Below are positions 26,898 through 40,541 of a DNA stretch of 64,000 nucleotides, piece after piece. Every line of letters starts with the position of its first letter. The first letter of the stretch is position 1. Made by a program: the position numbers and the translations under genes. This stretch comes from Eledone cirrhosa (Eukaryota): NCBI GenBank assembly GCA_964016885.1, contig OZ024746.1, positions 74,276,001 to 74,340,000 of the forward strand, given 5' to 3'. The notes under the pieces were generated by a model. It worked only from the letters and a program-made list of their open reading frames with translations. It was not told where the DNA came from and ran no database searches.

Positions 26898-28133
26898 TGT
26901 GATTATATATATATATATATATATATATACTTATATATATATATATGTAACTCTCTCTCTCTTAACACACATACACACACACACATATACATATATATAT
27001 ACTTGTTTATATCTTAGTATACACTCTTTTCTTATCTTTACACGGTGCCCACTTTTTATAAACAGTGTTATGGTGATGAGTTCTCCGATGATGATTACGA
27101 TAATGATAATTGTGAAAAGAACATTGATATCAAGCTAGGACAGCAGCAAGAAGAGACAATGAGCACTTTGTATCCGCCGTTCATCGTTGATTACGCTATT
27201 TCAGCTCAAACTTTTCTGTTCATTCAACCCAGATAATGACGACCAAGATGAACCAACAGGCAAATAACTTTCCCACGATAAGGATCTAAGCTACCACTTT
27301 TACGACTCCTGCTGTTAGGATCTGCCTCTATGTAGTCACAATCTGTAAGAAACAGTTTCCAAATCTCTTTTACACATTTCTGTTTATAGAATGAACTATT
27401 TGATAGGAAATATATCTCTGAAGTATATTTGAATAAGAGATATGTTGTTCATAAGTCTTCGTGATCAGGGTTAATATGCCATTAAATTATATATATTCGC
27501 AACGAAGTGAATTAAAATGTACATGGCCATACCTGCTAGATATAGTATAAAAATCTCCAAATAGAATCCTTTCTTCTAAAATGAAAATGAAAATGGTTTC
27601 GTTTAGCATACTTCAACGAGAAAGAAAGGTGGCATAGTTTCAGCTGGAATTAATTTCAATATATATATATATATATATAAAGTAAAAATTAGCGAGAATC
27701 GAATTTCAGCCTATGAAATAACGAAAAAACACTTTCGAATTGTGAGGCAAGCGCTCAATAATTCAAAAGAATTAGAGCTTACAACTTACGTTAAAGGCCA
27801 AACACACTGAGATGGTGGTTAAACTAATTATCCACACAGCGAAGATTCGGTCTCCTATTTCGGGTCAAACAGATATACAGATATAAACATATAAACATAT
27901 ATGAAAGCATAAATGTTTTATACTCACCGGACCCCTGGAATGATGGTAAAGTCCAGTGTTGGGGTTTCTGCGGCTCCATAAGTCATTTACTGTCCACTTA
28001 CATAAATGATGTTAAGTTTCTCGTATTCTGACTATATATAAATATATATATATATATATAACGAAGGGAATGTGGTAAGGAACCAGGTGGACCATAACGC
28101 ACCAAAGTACTCAATATATATATATATATATAT

Positions 28134-28866
<733 letters not shown>

Positions 28867-28987
28867 GAGATGAGTTTTATTGTAGCACAATAAAGCAATG
28901 CAAATATCGGATACGTAGCACTCCACAGTTTATAGGACTGGAGTATAAATAATATAAGATCAAAAGATGGTTAAAAGAGTTTCCATG

Positions 28988-29058
28988 TATTTTATTATGC
29001 ACATTTCAAAAACAAATATCATCATGGGATGATATTTGCGTTCTCATCAGATAAAATA
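28988..29058 (-). ncRNA. Type I hammerhead, inverted copy of 29639-29709
   Basis: Reverse complement is identical except stem III ATGTGCAT. Confidence 0.8.
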
Positions 29059-29638
29059 GGGAGACATGATATGAAGCTTAAAAAACACTTGCGAGCAGTG
29101 AAGTGAAGTGTTAAATCAACATGTGAAAAATAAAGTAAGATGGATATATGAGATTGGGAAAAAAAGGAGGGGGGGGGGGGGGTTAAGGAAGAGGAAGAAA
29201 GAAAATAAAGGATGACGGGGGAGGAGTATAAGAAGGAAGGATGAGAGAGGAGGAGAAATGAGTGAGAGAGAGATAGCCTTTAATACTGAGAAACACTGTC
29301 TCACAGAGAGAAATTAACTTTTAATTTCAAAATCTTTTTAAATTATCAATTATCTTACAACGGTTTTTTAAATTTCTCTCTGTGAGACAGTGTTTCTCGG
29401 TATTAAAGGCTATCTCTCTCTCTCTCTCTCTCTCTCACTCATTTCTCCTCCTCTCTTATCCTTCCTTTTTATACTCCTCCCCCGTCATCCTCTATTTTCT
29501 TTCTTCCTCTTCCTTACCTTTTCCTCCCCCCCCTCCTTTTTTCCCCAATCTCATATATCCATCTTACTTTATTTTTCATATGTTGATTTAACACTTCACT
29601 GCTCGCAAGTGTTTTTTAAGCTTCATATCATGTCTCCC

Positions 29639-29709
29639 TATTTTATCTGATGAGAACGCAAATATCATCCCATGATGATATTTGTTTTTGAAATGCGCAT
29701 AATAAAATA
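29639..29709 (+). ncRNA. Type I hammerhead ribozyme with palindromic stem III
   Basis: TATTTTAT-CTGATGA-[long stem II GCAAATATCATC/GATGATATTTGT]-GAA-ATGCGCAT-A-ATAAAATA; predicted cut after 29701. Confidence 0.85.
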
Positions 29710-29739
29710 CATGGAACTCTTTTAACCATCTTTTGATCT

Positions 29740-29783
<44 letters not shown>

Positions 29784-30295
29784 ACATATTATATATATAT
29801 ATATACATATATATGTGTATGTATACATATATATATACATATATATATATATGTATGTATACATATATATATATATATGTATACATATATAAATATATAT
29901 TTATGGAATGTAGAAAAAACAATATCAATTGATATGAGCAAGTAATAAACTACAAAATTACCAATAAAAACACTTTATAATCTGACCTTATTTCATATAC
30001 TAATTATCAAATATCATCAACTCCACATCATTTGAAATATACCCACCCATCAACTAATAAACAATTAGACACATTCTATTTTAAAGCCAACCAAGTCAGG
30101 GCGCCCAAAAGCACATCGACTAGCAGATATCTTAAACCTGAAATAGGGGCTATAATTATTAGTGCACATAATCAGATATAGCGATAGATACATATGGAAG
30201 CAAGAGTCACAGAGGTGGATTAACGGGGGATATATATGTATATAGATAGATAAACAGACAGTTATATATATGTATACAAACATATACATACATAC

Positions 30296-30358
<63 letters not shown>

Positions 30359-30381
30359 ACTGCTCGGAAAAGCATATATAT

Positions 30382-31025
30382 ATGTATTTAACTGCTCGGA
30401 AAAGCCCCTTTTCCTGGAGCTTAATTATTGTAAACGACTGAGAGTTTATTCTCAAAATATAATATAGTATATTGCTCCTTTATTGTAGAGCTGATCTTTA
30501 ATCCCGCATAAACGGCTGTTATTTCTAGCACCGTGAATGCGAGACGGCTAGTTTGGCCTGGCTACACACGTGTAGTCAGACCTGCAAAATTTTTGATGTG
30601 AGATGTACTAATTTTACTGGATTCCTGTTGATAAGCACAGAAGATTTGGATATTTCACTTTTTATTTCTACTCCATTTCGATTCTCTTTATTTTTCAATT
30701 CACATACCACCGTTGCGAAACGGATTTAGGTTTCGAGGTTCAAATTCGTCTACGGAACAGGTTTGGATTTTGAAATTTAAATCTGTCCAGGAATCATGGC
30801 CGTTGCCAATATAAGCTTGTTTTTATTGACTTATATCGAGACAGACAAATTGTATTCACTTTAATTAGTTTATTTCATTAATAGCTAACTTTGTCTGTTG
30901 CAATGTAAACACGTTTCGTGTTTATCATATATTTTAATGTATTTAACTGCTCGGAAAAGCCCCTTTTCCTGGAGCTTAATTATTGTAAACGACTGAGAGT
31001 TTATTCTCAAAATATAATATAGTAT
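30382..31025. mobile_element. Non-coding element, 555-bp unit with ~88-bp terminal direct repeat, in (TA)n
   Basis: ATGTATTTAACTGCTCGG...TAGTAT at 30382-30470 and 30937-31025, plus an extra 20-bp start copy at 30353. Confidence 0.75.
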
Positions 31026-32399
31026 ATATATATATATATGTTTGTAAATTATCTATCTATTTATCTATCTATCTCTCTCTCTCTATTAAATTGCATTTGT
31101 GATAACATTTTACACGTTTTTATTGTATGTAAACTTCCCCCTTTGTATTTGTCCCCTTCTTTTGTGCCCCTGTGTCTAATAAAGAAACATGTCTATCTCT
31201 CTCTCTATATATATATTATATATATTATATATATATATATATGTATATATATATAGAGAGAGAGATAGATAGATAGATAGATAGATAATTTACAAACAAC
31301 ACTACCCTCTCCATCGCTCCATATTTTCATCACCAACGTTTCAGAGTGCCTCCAGACACTTAAATAATATCGACAGCTTAACCAATGCGGTAGATTGCTT
31401 TCTCTGGATCTGCACTATCGTTACAGAGACTCATGCCAAACCACAGAATTATTTTCATTCATTGAAGACATTTTTTTAAAAATCTGTAAATGAACCGTGA
31501 CTAGCCGTTATTTATTCACGCCGATCAGGGGCACATGGTGCCTCACCAATCAGTGGGATTGAAAATAATGTTGATCTCGATACGGTTTGGACTCAGAATC
31601 GAAAATGTGTGCCCGCAATGCATTTCTTTAGAGGCTCTCATAATTATGTCAATTCGCCAGCTTTTTTTGGCAGTGCTCCTGCTTAGACAGATATCTGATC
31701 CACTAAAGAATGGAACACGAACAATTATATAAGTGGAGCCAAGGAATTATAGTTCGTGAGAATGAGATGGATGATGCACTCTGCTATTTTACCACCCAAG
31801 CAGAGAAATATATATGCGCTACATTTGCAATTATACATAATCAAACATAGCGCAATAAATTGTTGTAGTTTATTATAAAATGTATACATAATATACAGGT
31901 ATATTGCGATAGTATGGCATTGTGATATACAACGATGTTCCATAACTGTAATGATATATCACTTTCTCAACGCATTCTTTCATGTTAATTACATTAACTT
32001 TAATCTAAGCTTTACTAAATCTGTCAAAACATTAATTTCTATAAACTAGATTATATCGCAAACATAAATATAACCAAGACCTGCTGTGAAATTTGTTTAC
32101 ATGTCGTTCACAAACAAGGAAAAATGTGCCCCTACACCACAAATATATTCGACTTATTAACCACCTCCAAATTTTACCCTCCTTCATTGTATTGCTTCCT
32201 TTTGACTACCACAGTTTTATCTTCTTTTCTTTTATTCCTCTAGCTTATCGTATGTTCAAACAGTTATATATGTCTGTATGTAATGTCGCTCTATCCTCAG
32301 AAGCTATTTAAGCTAAAATAAGTAAAGGGAAGAAGCTAACTGCAGAAAAAGCGTTACTCCTACCACTCAAGCAACTCGACCATTTATGAAACTCATATT

Positions 32400-33200
32400 A
32401 CCTAACAAATAGTTATATAATATCCTTGTAAATAATAATCAGAGAGCGAGACTCGATAGAATGCGACTATAAAAATTTCGTAGTAAAACAAATCAATGCA
32501 TTTACAGTTTGTAATATTGATTTTAGTACACTTTATTGTTCATAATATCTCAAATTCAAAACGATCTGAAAGGTAAAGAGAGGCAATTTTCAAATCAAAT
32601 TTTATACAGATTGGCTTTATCTCAAACGAAAATAACGTGAATGAAGTTTAAGATTATTTCAGGGTGGGGGGAATAGAGATTTAGTGTTTCACTAAGATAT
32701 TCTCTGATGTGGAATAATACCAGAAATGTATACATGATATATTTTCATTGATGTGTTGTGTGATATCAAACAGGATTTAAGTAAACGACTGACGATGACT
32801 TATCTACCATATCTATTTAGATCTAAAGAAAATTTATACTGCATATCAAACAAAGATGGATTAGGCATAACTTATCAGTAAGGTGGATAATAGCGCTGAA
32901 ATAGTTAGAATAGACAAGGAAAGAAGCTTATCCTAAACGGATGAATATTGAATGTTATATTACTTCATATTTTGATATGAAGATATAGATATACCTTCGC
33001 AATAAAAGAAGAGCAAGAGATGGCAACTCAATATCATTTAAATAAAGCAAGATAGGGATTCATCTAGACTACAAACGTTGCGATAAAATATTTCGTTTAT
33101 GACAAAACGTTGTGAAAGATGTGACTACACATCAAGAGTGTAGAATTACGTAATGATGTTAACTCCCATCTAATGATGAAATAGAGTTAAATCGAGAATT
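32400..33200 (+). pseudogene. Heavily decayed Penelope-like RT
   Basis: DFSTLY motif at ~32519 with weak downstream RT-like pieces and many stops. Confidence 0.4.
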
Positions 33201-33761
33201 ATATTGATAGATATTAAAACTTTTACATTACATGAGTGATTCAATGAAAAATATAAATCTGTTTTAAACAGAATAATCATTCTCAAATTTTGCCGAATGT
33301 GGCCCCTTTTAGGACAAGTATGTAGTTTAACTAAATGTAACTCATAGGCTTTGTGAATTAAAAAACACGGCGGACATATGTCCATATTTACTAAAGTTAA
33401 GATGGTATTTATGGTCGTAATTATAATATAATACGATTGCCTTAAAATATTTTGACGTTTCTTTTAAATAACTATATCGTTTTCCTATTAGAAAGGAATA
33501 GGGTGGGTAAAAAAATCGAGAAACAAACGAAAAAAAAAAATGAAAAATACATAATAACAAATAAATCTCAGAGGTATTTTTAGAGATTCAGGGAGAAGTA
33601 TAAAATTGTTCCTAAAGGAGTTGATATTGACACATCTTAATTCTGAACTGTTTACCACAAATGAAGCACCATGACGTTTTGGTCAAAATTTCATTACACA
33701 AAAACCTGTCGAAAAAAGCTTCCTTCTACTTTCATAGAATATATATATATATATATATATA

Positions 33762-33821
33762 TGCAACCATGCAGTATTCTTCTCCCCATTTTTTCACATA
33801 TATTTACCTAAACTGCGATTC

Positions 33822-33865
<44 letters not shown>

Positions 33866-34335
33866 TGCTCCCTCGTTCTCTCTGTTTCTCTTACTTTCTT
33901 TCGTCCCCTCTGTCATGTCAGTTAACACTTTCTCTCTACTGACCTCTTCCTCACACTTCCACTCACTGTTTCTCCCCTTCTCACTTGCCCCCGTTCGCGA
34001 CGTTAACGATTTTCCTTCTTTCTTACATCGGATTCATCTCGAAAGGTCTATTTTTTACTCGCTTATATATTCACCCAGCTTATACTGATAGAATAACTAT
34101 GTAGCTTGTGTCTCTTCCTATCTTCGGTTAGCTTTCCTCTGTGTTGTTTACTTGTCTCACTCTCTTTACGCGTTTTAATTGTCCTAATAACTTATTTTAG
34201 TTATTATTGCGCCAACGTGAGGTATATGATTTTTAATGCAATGAAATACCTATGACCGTTGGTAAATCACTGATGAGGGTCTCATTTTATAACATGTTAT
34301 CCATGTGCAACCATGCAGTATTCTTCTCCCCATTT

Positions 34336-34340
<5 letters not shown>
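33762..34340 (+). mobile_element. Non-coding element, 544-bp unit with ~35-bp terminal direct repeat, carrying the permuted hammerhead
   Basis: TGCAACCATGCAGTATTCTTCTCCCC at 33762 and 34306; flanked by (TA)n on both sides. Confidence 0.75.
34211..34277 (+). ncRNA. Candidate permuted (pseudoknotted) hammerhead ribozyme with k-turn
   Basis: GCCAACG/CGTTGGT outer helix, k-turn, stem III GGTAT/ATACC, AUA site, stem I TGATTT/AAATCA, GAA at 34243, CTGATGA at 34270. Confidence 0.65.
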
Positions 34341-34387
<47 letters not shown>

Positions 34388-34696
34388 GCTTTTTTGAACG
34401 GCTTTCTATACAGGTCGTCCGACATTTCCTCCCGCTGGAGATTCCAACCCCCCTCTCTATAACTACTACCCTCTTTATATATACTACACGGAACTCTCTT
34501 CCAATCCCCCTCTCTATATCAATTAGCACCAATAACCATCGTACATAAACTGTACTGCAATAACTAAATAGATGTGTGTTTTGGTAGTTTGGGGAAATTA
34601 TAAAATTATTGGTGGGGAGGGGCATGGCCCCCTGCCCCTCCCCCCGTTCCACTGCCCCTGATATATATATATATATCTATCTATATAGATATATAT

Positions 34697-34731
<35 letters not shown>

Positions 34732-34771
34732 AATAAATATACACGGGTGTGTATGATTGTGTATAGAAGAT

Positions 34772-35050
34772 TATATTAATAAAAGGAATTCCAACTTTGA
34801 TTTACTCGTTTTATTTACAATCCTTTAAAATTATAATGGTATTAGAATGAAATAGTATGGTTGAATATTAAATGTTAAGTGTTAATTGAACAAGTACTTT
34901 CATACTTTCGCAATCTTTCGCAATCTTGTTCAATTAACACTTAACATTTAATATTCTACCATGATATTTCATTCTAATACCATTATAATTTTAAAGGATT
35001 GTAAATAAAACGAGTAAATCAGACAAAGTTGGAATTCCATTTATTAATAT
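34772..35050. repeat. Inverted repeat with ~120-bp arms
   Basis: 34772-34893 is the reverse complement of 34925-35050. Confidence 0.9.
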
Positions 35051-35268
35051 ATATACGGCTTAATACGGGATGTTTGTTTACAAACACACCGAGCATTATA
35101 ATAAATGTTCGGTGAATCCATACGTACATATATATATGTGTCCATGTATGTAAATATATATACATACTACTGTACGTCTGTATACATATATGTATGTACG
35201 TGTACATACTTATATTTAAGTAACAGCCGTACTAAGAGTGGGAAATGAAATTTTGTTTCATTTTTTCC

Positions 35269-35320
<52 letters not shown>

Positions 35321-35354
35321 AGAGAGAGAGAGAGATATATATAGAGAGAGAGAC

Positions 35355-35790
35355 CTGTGATACGTCTCTTCGTTACGCCAGTGGAGTCCTTGCTGCTGTA
35401 CGGGTCTGTGACTTGGTCACTGACCAAGAGACTCAGATGGTGGATGGGTGCTACACGAGAATTCTGAAGATGGCTCTGAACGTTAATTACTATACACTGA
35501 GGATGAAGGACCCAGAATTGTACGGGAACCTTCCAAAAGTCAGCTCGAAAGCGACACAGAGGAGATTAAGTTTAGCTGGACATGTTCACCGACATTCAGA
35601 GCTGACACTGCACTCAGTGCTCCCGTGGGAGACCCTACACCGGCACACTGGAAAAGGAAGACCGAGGATGACGTATATTGATGCCCTAAGGATAGACACT
35701 TGTCTTCGGGAGACGCAGGACATGGCGGCGATGATATAAGGACAGAGACCGCTTGAGAGAATTCGTCCATGGATGTCGCGAATTTTACCT
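35355..35790 (+). pseudogene. RTE-like LINE 3' fragment
   Basis: DGCYTRILKMALN, ELYGNLP, RRLSLAGHVHRH, GRPRMTYID. Confidence 0.85.
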
Positions 35791-35808
35791 GCCATATATA
35801 TATATATA

Positions 35809-37037
35809 TTCCCACGATGGGACTTGTTCACCTTTGATTTTCTCCTATTTTTTCTCCTATTTTTCTCCTTTTTTCTCCCCATTTTTCCTTTCTCTCTTTC
35901 TTCCTTTCTCCCCCCCCCCTGTTCTTCCTCTTTTCCCCCTCTTTCCTTTTTTCTCCCCCCCCCTTTTTCTCCCTCTTTTTTTCTCTCCTTTCTCTCTCCT
36001 TTTCCTCCTGGCCTTTTGATTAATATAAGGCCTCGGGCGCTCCCGATTTCGACCGATGTTCTGTAATTCAGCGCCGAAGCATCGGATCGGGATATTTACA
36101 GCTGACGAAGGATTCTCCTTTCTTTCTTTATCCTCTTGTTCCTTCCTAACCACCATTCTAAACCTTGTCTTTGTAACCACACAGCTTCTTTCGTTTCGTA
36201 TCATTTTGTATTTGCCGCTGTGACCCTACTTGCTTCGGTCGATCTGTGTTCCCGCCACACTTTCGCATCGGCCCTCCACTTTTCTCTTCCCTTCTCCTCC
36301 TCACTCTCGTTTCTTTCTCTCTGCCTCCCTCTCTCTATCCATCCGTTCGGTTTTGATTGTTGACATGTTTACACGTGTCATCGGGGCTTCTCTGTTCGCA
36401 AATCTTTGCAACACGTTTTTACCACCGTAGTGAAAAGAACCCTTCTGGATTATCTCCCTTTCTCTTCTGCCCCTCACATTTGGTTGCTCGTGCCTCTTTC
36501 TCACTCTCTCTTGTTTATGAGATAGGCAACACGATTATGCCGGCTCCAAGTCGTAGCTGACCACCAGGCTTAAGTCTCCCAGGTTGGCCACAACTTACTT
36601 TCCCTATTTTTCCACGGTTACTCATTTGCATGTTTCTTTCTCCTGTGTCTTCCCTCGATGGGACCTGTTCACCTTTTTTTCTCCTACTTTTTCTCCTATT
36701 TTTCTCCTTTTTTCTCTCCTTTTTTCCCTTCTCTCTTTCTTCCTCTCTCCTCATCACCCCCCCCCCCCTGTTCTTCCTCTTATTCCTCTCTTTCCTTTTT
36801 TTCTCTCCTTTTTTTCCCTTTTTATCCCTCTTTTTTTCTTCCTTTCTCTCTCTTTTTCCTCCTGGCCTTTTGATTAATAAAAGGCCTCGAGTGCTCCCGA
36901 TCTCTACCGAAACATCGGATCGGGATATTTACAGCTGACGAAGGATTCTCCTTTCTTCCCTTCTCCTCTTGTTCCGTCCTAACCACCATCCTATACTTTG
37001 TTTTAGTAACCACACAACCCCTTTCGTTTCGTATCAT
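35809..37037 (+). mobile_element. Non-coding element, ~840-bp unit with ~400-bp terminal direct repeat, carrying the permuted hammerhead
   Basis: 35809-36205 matches 36650-37037; flanked by (TA)n. Confidence 0.8.
36041..36111 (+). ncRNA. Second candidate permuted hammerhead (deleted paralogue at 36895-36944)
   Basis: TCCCGAT/ATCGGGA, CCGATGT/GCATCGG (ACATCGG in the paralogue), GUU site, CTGTAA/TTACAG, CC-GAA, CTGACGA-AGG. Confidence 0.6.
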
Positions 37038-37074
<37 letters not shown>

Positions 37075-37146
37075 GGGAAAAAGTCACTCTTTTCCTATTA
37101 CTCACTCTACTGCCCTAAGTATTGAATACTCTCGTGCGTTATGGTC

Positions 37147-37195
<49 letters not shown>

Positions 37196-37221
37196 CCCCC
37201 CCCCCACATATATATATATGT

Positions 37222-37412
37222 ATGTAAAAGGTAAACAGAAATAACAACACAATCGGTACAGTATATGGAAGGTATATATTAGGTATATAACGCTTGATAT
37301 AGCAGGAAGAGGGTCGAACGTTTCGGAAGCTAGTCCTTCATCAGAAGAAAGAATGAGAAACAAAATAGATTGACGGGACGGGCGTGATGGAATAACAGGT
37401 CCATTCATCTTG
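37222..37412 (-). mobile_element. Penelope-like 3' fragment with a hammerhead core but no obvious stem I
   Basis: Minus strand CTGATGAAGG-actagctt-CCGAAACGTT at 37316-37343, between microsatellites. Confidence 0.5.
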
Positions 37413-37422
37413 ACACATACAC

Positions 37423-37453
<31 letters not shown>

Positions 37454-37454
37454 G

Positions 37455-37503
<49 letters not shown>

Positions 37504-37771
37504 AAAAGAGAGAGAAAGAGAGACATGAACTAAACGTAAATCTTGTGTTTCTTGACGAAATATTGCATTCACTTGTCGGAGAAACTATACGCAGTAGACT
37601 TTCACCATAATCCCCTAGAACAGTGCTTTATTCTTTTTTACCTCCCTTTCTATCTTTATTTGATTATTACTTCAGGAATTTGAAATCAATTACAACCCCT
37701 TGAAGAAATTCGTTATGAATGAAAGAATTGATATTCCATCTATCTCGTATTATCTTGCCCTTTCTTTCGTG

Positions 37772-37829
<58 letters not shown>

Positions 37830-37987
37830 TACAAATTATTTCCTTATTTTTCTTTTAGAATTATCTTAGAGTTATTCTTTGTTTAGGGGTGAATGATTTG
37901 TATTTTATCTCTTTCGATCTATTAAGATATTTCTTGAAATATCTTACAATTTTTTACACTTTCTATTACATTATTTCTCTCTCTCTC

Positions 37988-38025
<38 letters not shown>

Positions 38026-38181
38026 TCTCTCTCTCACTCCCCCTCTCTCTGTCCTCCCCGTATTCCTTATTTTCTACCTTATTTCTTACATACTTGCACC
38101 CTACTCTTGAATTCCTCATAAGAGCAAACACACAGTTCTCCTCATTCCTTATTTCCTTCTTTATTATATATATATGCACAC

Positions 38182-38283
<102 letters not shown>

Positions 38284-38463
38284 CGAAGGAAATGTGGTAA
38301 GGAACCAGGTGGACCATAACGCACCAAAGTACTCAATACTTAGGGTAGTAGAGTGAGTAATAGGAACGAGTAGGACCCCGACGGCAGCTCAAGCCGTTTC
38401 GACGGCTAATCCAGAATTAGCCGTCGAAACGGCTTGAGCTCAGCCGTCGGGGTCCTACTCGTT

Positions 38464-38515
<52 letters not shown>

Positions 38516-38736
38516 ATATATATATAAGATATATATATATATATATAAGATATATATATATATATAAGATATATATATATTATATATATTATATATATAT
38601 ATATATATATAAGATATATATATATATTATATATATATATATGCATATATATATATATATTATATATATCTATATTCATATATTTATAACACTATATACT
38701 TTTGTTTTTATTACTTGCCATATATGTATTTATTAG

Positions 38737-38925
38737 TGGATTGGCAGTATCGGTAGAGGGTCGGACGCCATGCTTTGACGCATAGAGTTACGGCCCTTGC
38801 CATTCTGAGTTCAAATCCCGCCGAGGTTAACTTTGCCTTTCATCCTTACGGGGTCGATAAAGTAAAGTACCAGTAATGAACTGGGTAATTGCTGGCCTTG
38901 TGCCAAAAGTAGAAACTATTATCAT
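38737..38925 (+). mobile_element. SINE (major family)
   Basis: Same SINE body; nearly identical to 48146-48337. Confidence 0.9.
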
Positions 38926-39171
38926 TATTATTATTATTAATATTATTATTTATTAAAATATTGTTTTATGATTCAAATCTTAAATCGTACCCTGATGTAT
39001 GGACGCTCTGCCTTCTGCCTTTCAGACATATTTATACTTTTTTTAATTCACACTCCTTTCGAAATGTAATCTCTTATTTTTCGATATTTTTATATTTAAA
39101 AAAATTACCTCGCATTTCTTTCTTTCAATATCTCTCATTTCTCTCTCCACACACATATATATATATATATA

Positions 39172-40050
39172 CGAAGTGTGTCAGAAAAGTTCCAGGACTG
39201 ATGTCACAAAAGATTTATTTCAAACCCAAACTTCACACTAAGAGTTTCCTCCTTCAAAGTAATCCCTCTGGAGTATGTAACTGTAATCTTAGCTCTCTGC
39301 AGTGATCAAACTTTTTTCTTCATAATTTTATGTCCTCTGTTTCAGGTCGTCAAGCAATGAGCACAGAACAACGAACAAACTTGAAGTTTCTTGTACGGTT
39401 GGGGAAAACTCCATCAGAAGCACTGGGATTGCTACAGCAAGTGTATGGAGATGAGAAGATGTCACGCTCACGTGTTTTTGAGTGGTGCAAGATGACCCCA
39501 GGAGCGGAAGGCCCTCAACAACAAAGACTGAGGTCAACGTTGAGCGCGTCAGGCAGATAGTGCGTAGCGATCGTCGGCTGACTGTTCGACTGATGGCAAA
39601 TGGGCTGGGCATGAATCGGGACAGCGTCTGGAAGATTCTCACTGAAGATTTGAACATGCGGAAAGTCTGCGCGAAGATGGTGCCAAAACTGCTGAACGAT
39701 GACCAGAAGGCTCGACGCATGCAAGTGTGCCAGGACATCCTCGAGCGTCTTGAAACGGAACTAGACTTGCTAGGGACAGTCATCACCAGTGATGAGTCAT
39801 GGATCTTCGAGTACGACCCGGAGGGGACCCGTTTTGAAGGCGTGGACGACATCAAAAAGGCCGTGACGACGGAACTGCGGAGGATCCCTGAAGAATCCAT
39901 CCAGGAGTGCATGCAAGCGTGGCAGAAAAGAATGGAAAAGTGCATTAGACTCCAGGGGGATTACTTTGAAGGAGAAACTCTTAGTGTGAAGTTTGGGTTT
40001 GAAATAAATCTTTTGTGACATCAGTCCTGGAACTTTTTTGACACACTTCG
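39172..40050 (+). mobile_element. Mariner (Tc1/mariner) transposon, internally deleted, non-autonomous
   Basis: ~100 bp TIRs (39172-39273 / 39949-40050) flanked by TA. Transposase remnants EQRTNLKFLVRLGKT..VYG, DDPRSGRP, WKILTEDLNMRKVCAKMVPKLL, ITSDESW, GDYFEG. There is a frameshift, and the middle of the catalytic domain is deleted. Confidence 0.93.
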
Positions 40051-40258
40051 TATATATATATATGTGTATGTGGCCGAAATTCGAGTACGGGTATACAATG
40101 AAGGTACTCATTTAAGTGTGTTGTATTGAAGGGAATAACTATGTGTCTACTCTGGAATTTTACGTAAAAATACCTATTGAGTACGCTGGGATGCAACCGG
40201 TACTAGCAGCGAAACCCATGCTAGACCCGTCAACTTATTATATATATATATATATATA

Positions 40259-40296
<38 letters not shown>

Positions 40297-40467
40297 TGCG
40301 TGTGTCTGTGTCTGTGTATGTATATATATGCATATATGTATGTTAGTGTGTACCTAAATATATACATATATATCGGTTTCAACACACGTTTTCAGATAAA
40401 GAATCTTGCTAAACAAATTCAGAAACGAAATATATATATATATACGAAATATATATATATATACGTG

Positions 40468-40541
<74 letters not shown>

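Larger units (their letters stand above)
28951..29748. repeat. Long inverted repeat (~365-bp arms, ~55-bp spacer) with a hammerhead in each arm
   Basis: 28951-29315 is the reverse complement of 29371-29748. Confidence 0.92.

Noticed and set aside
40084-40220. Possible type III hammerhead (GGGTA-TACAA..TTGTA-TTGAAGG..GAAACCC)
   Set aside because: Two core mismatches and no clear stem II.
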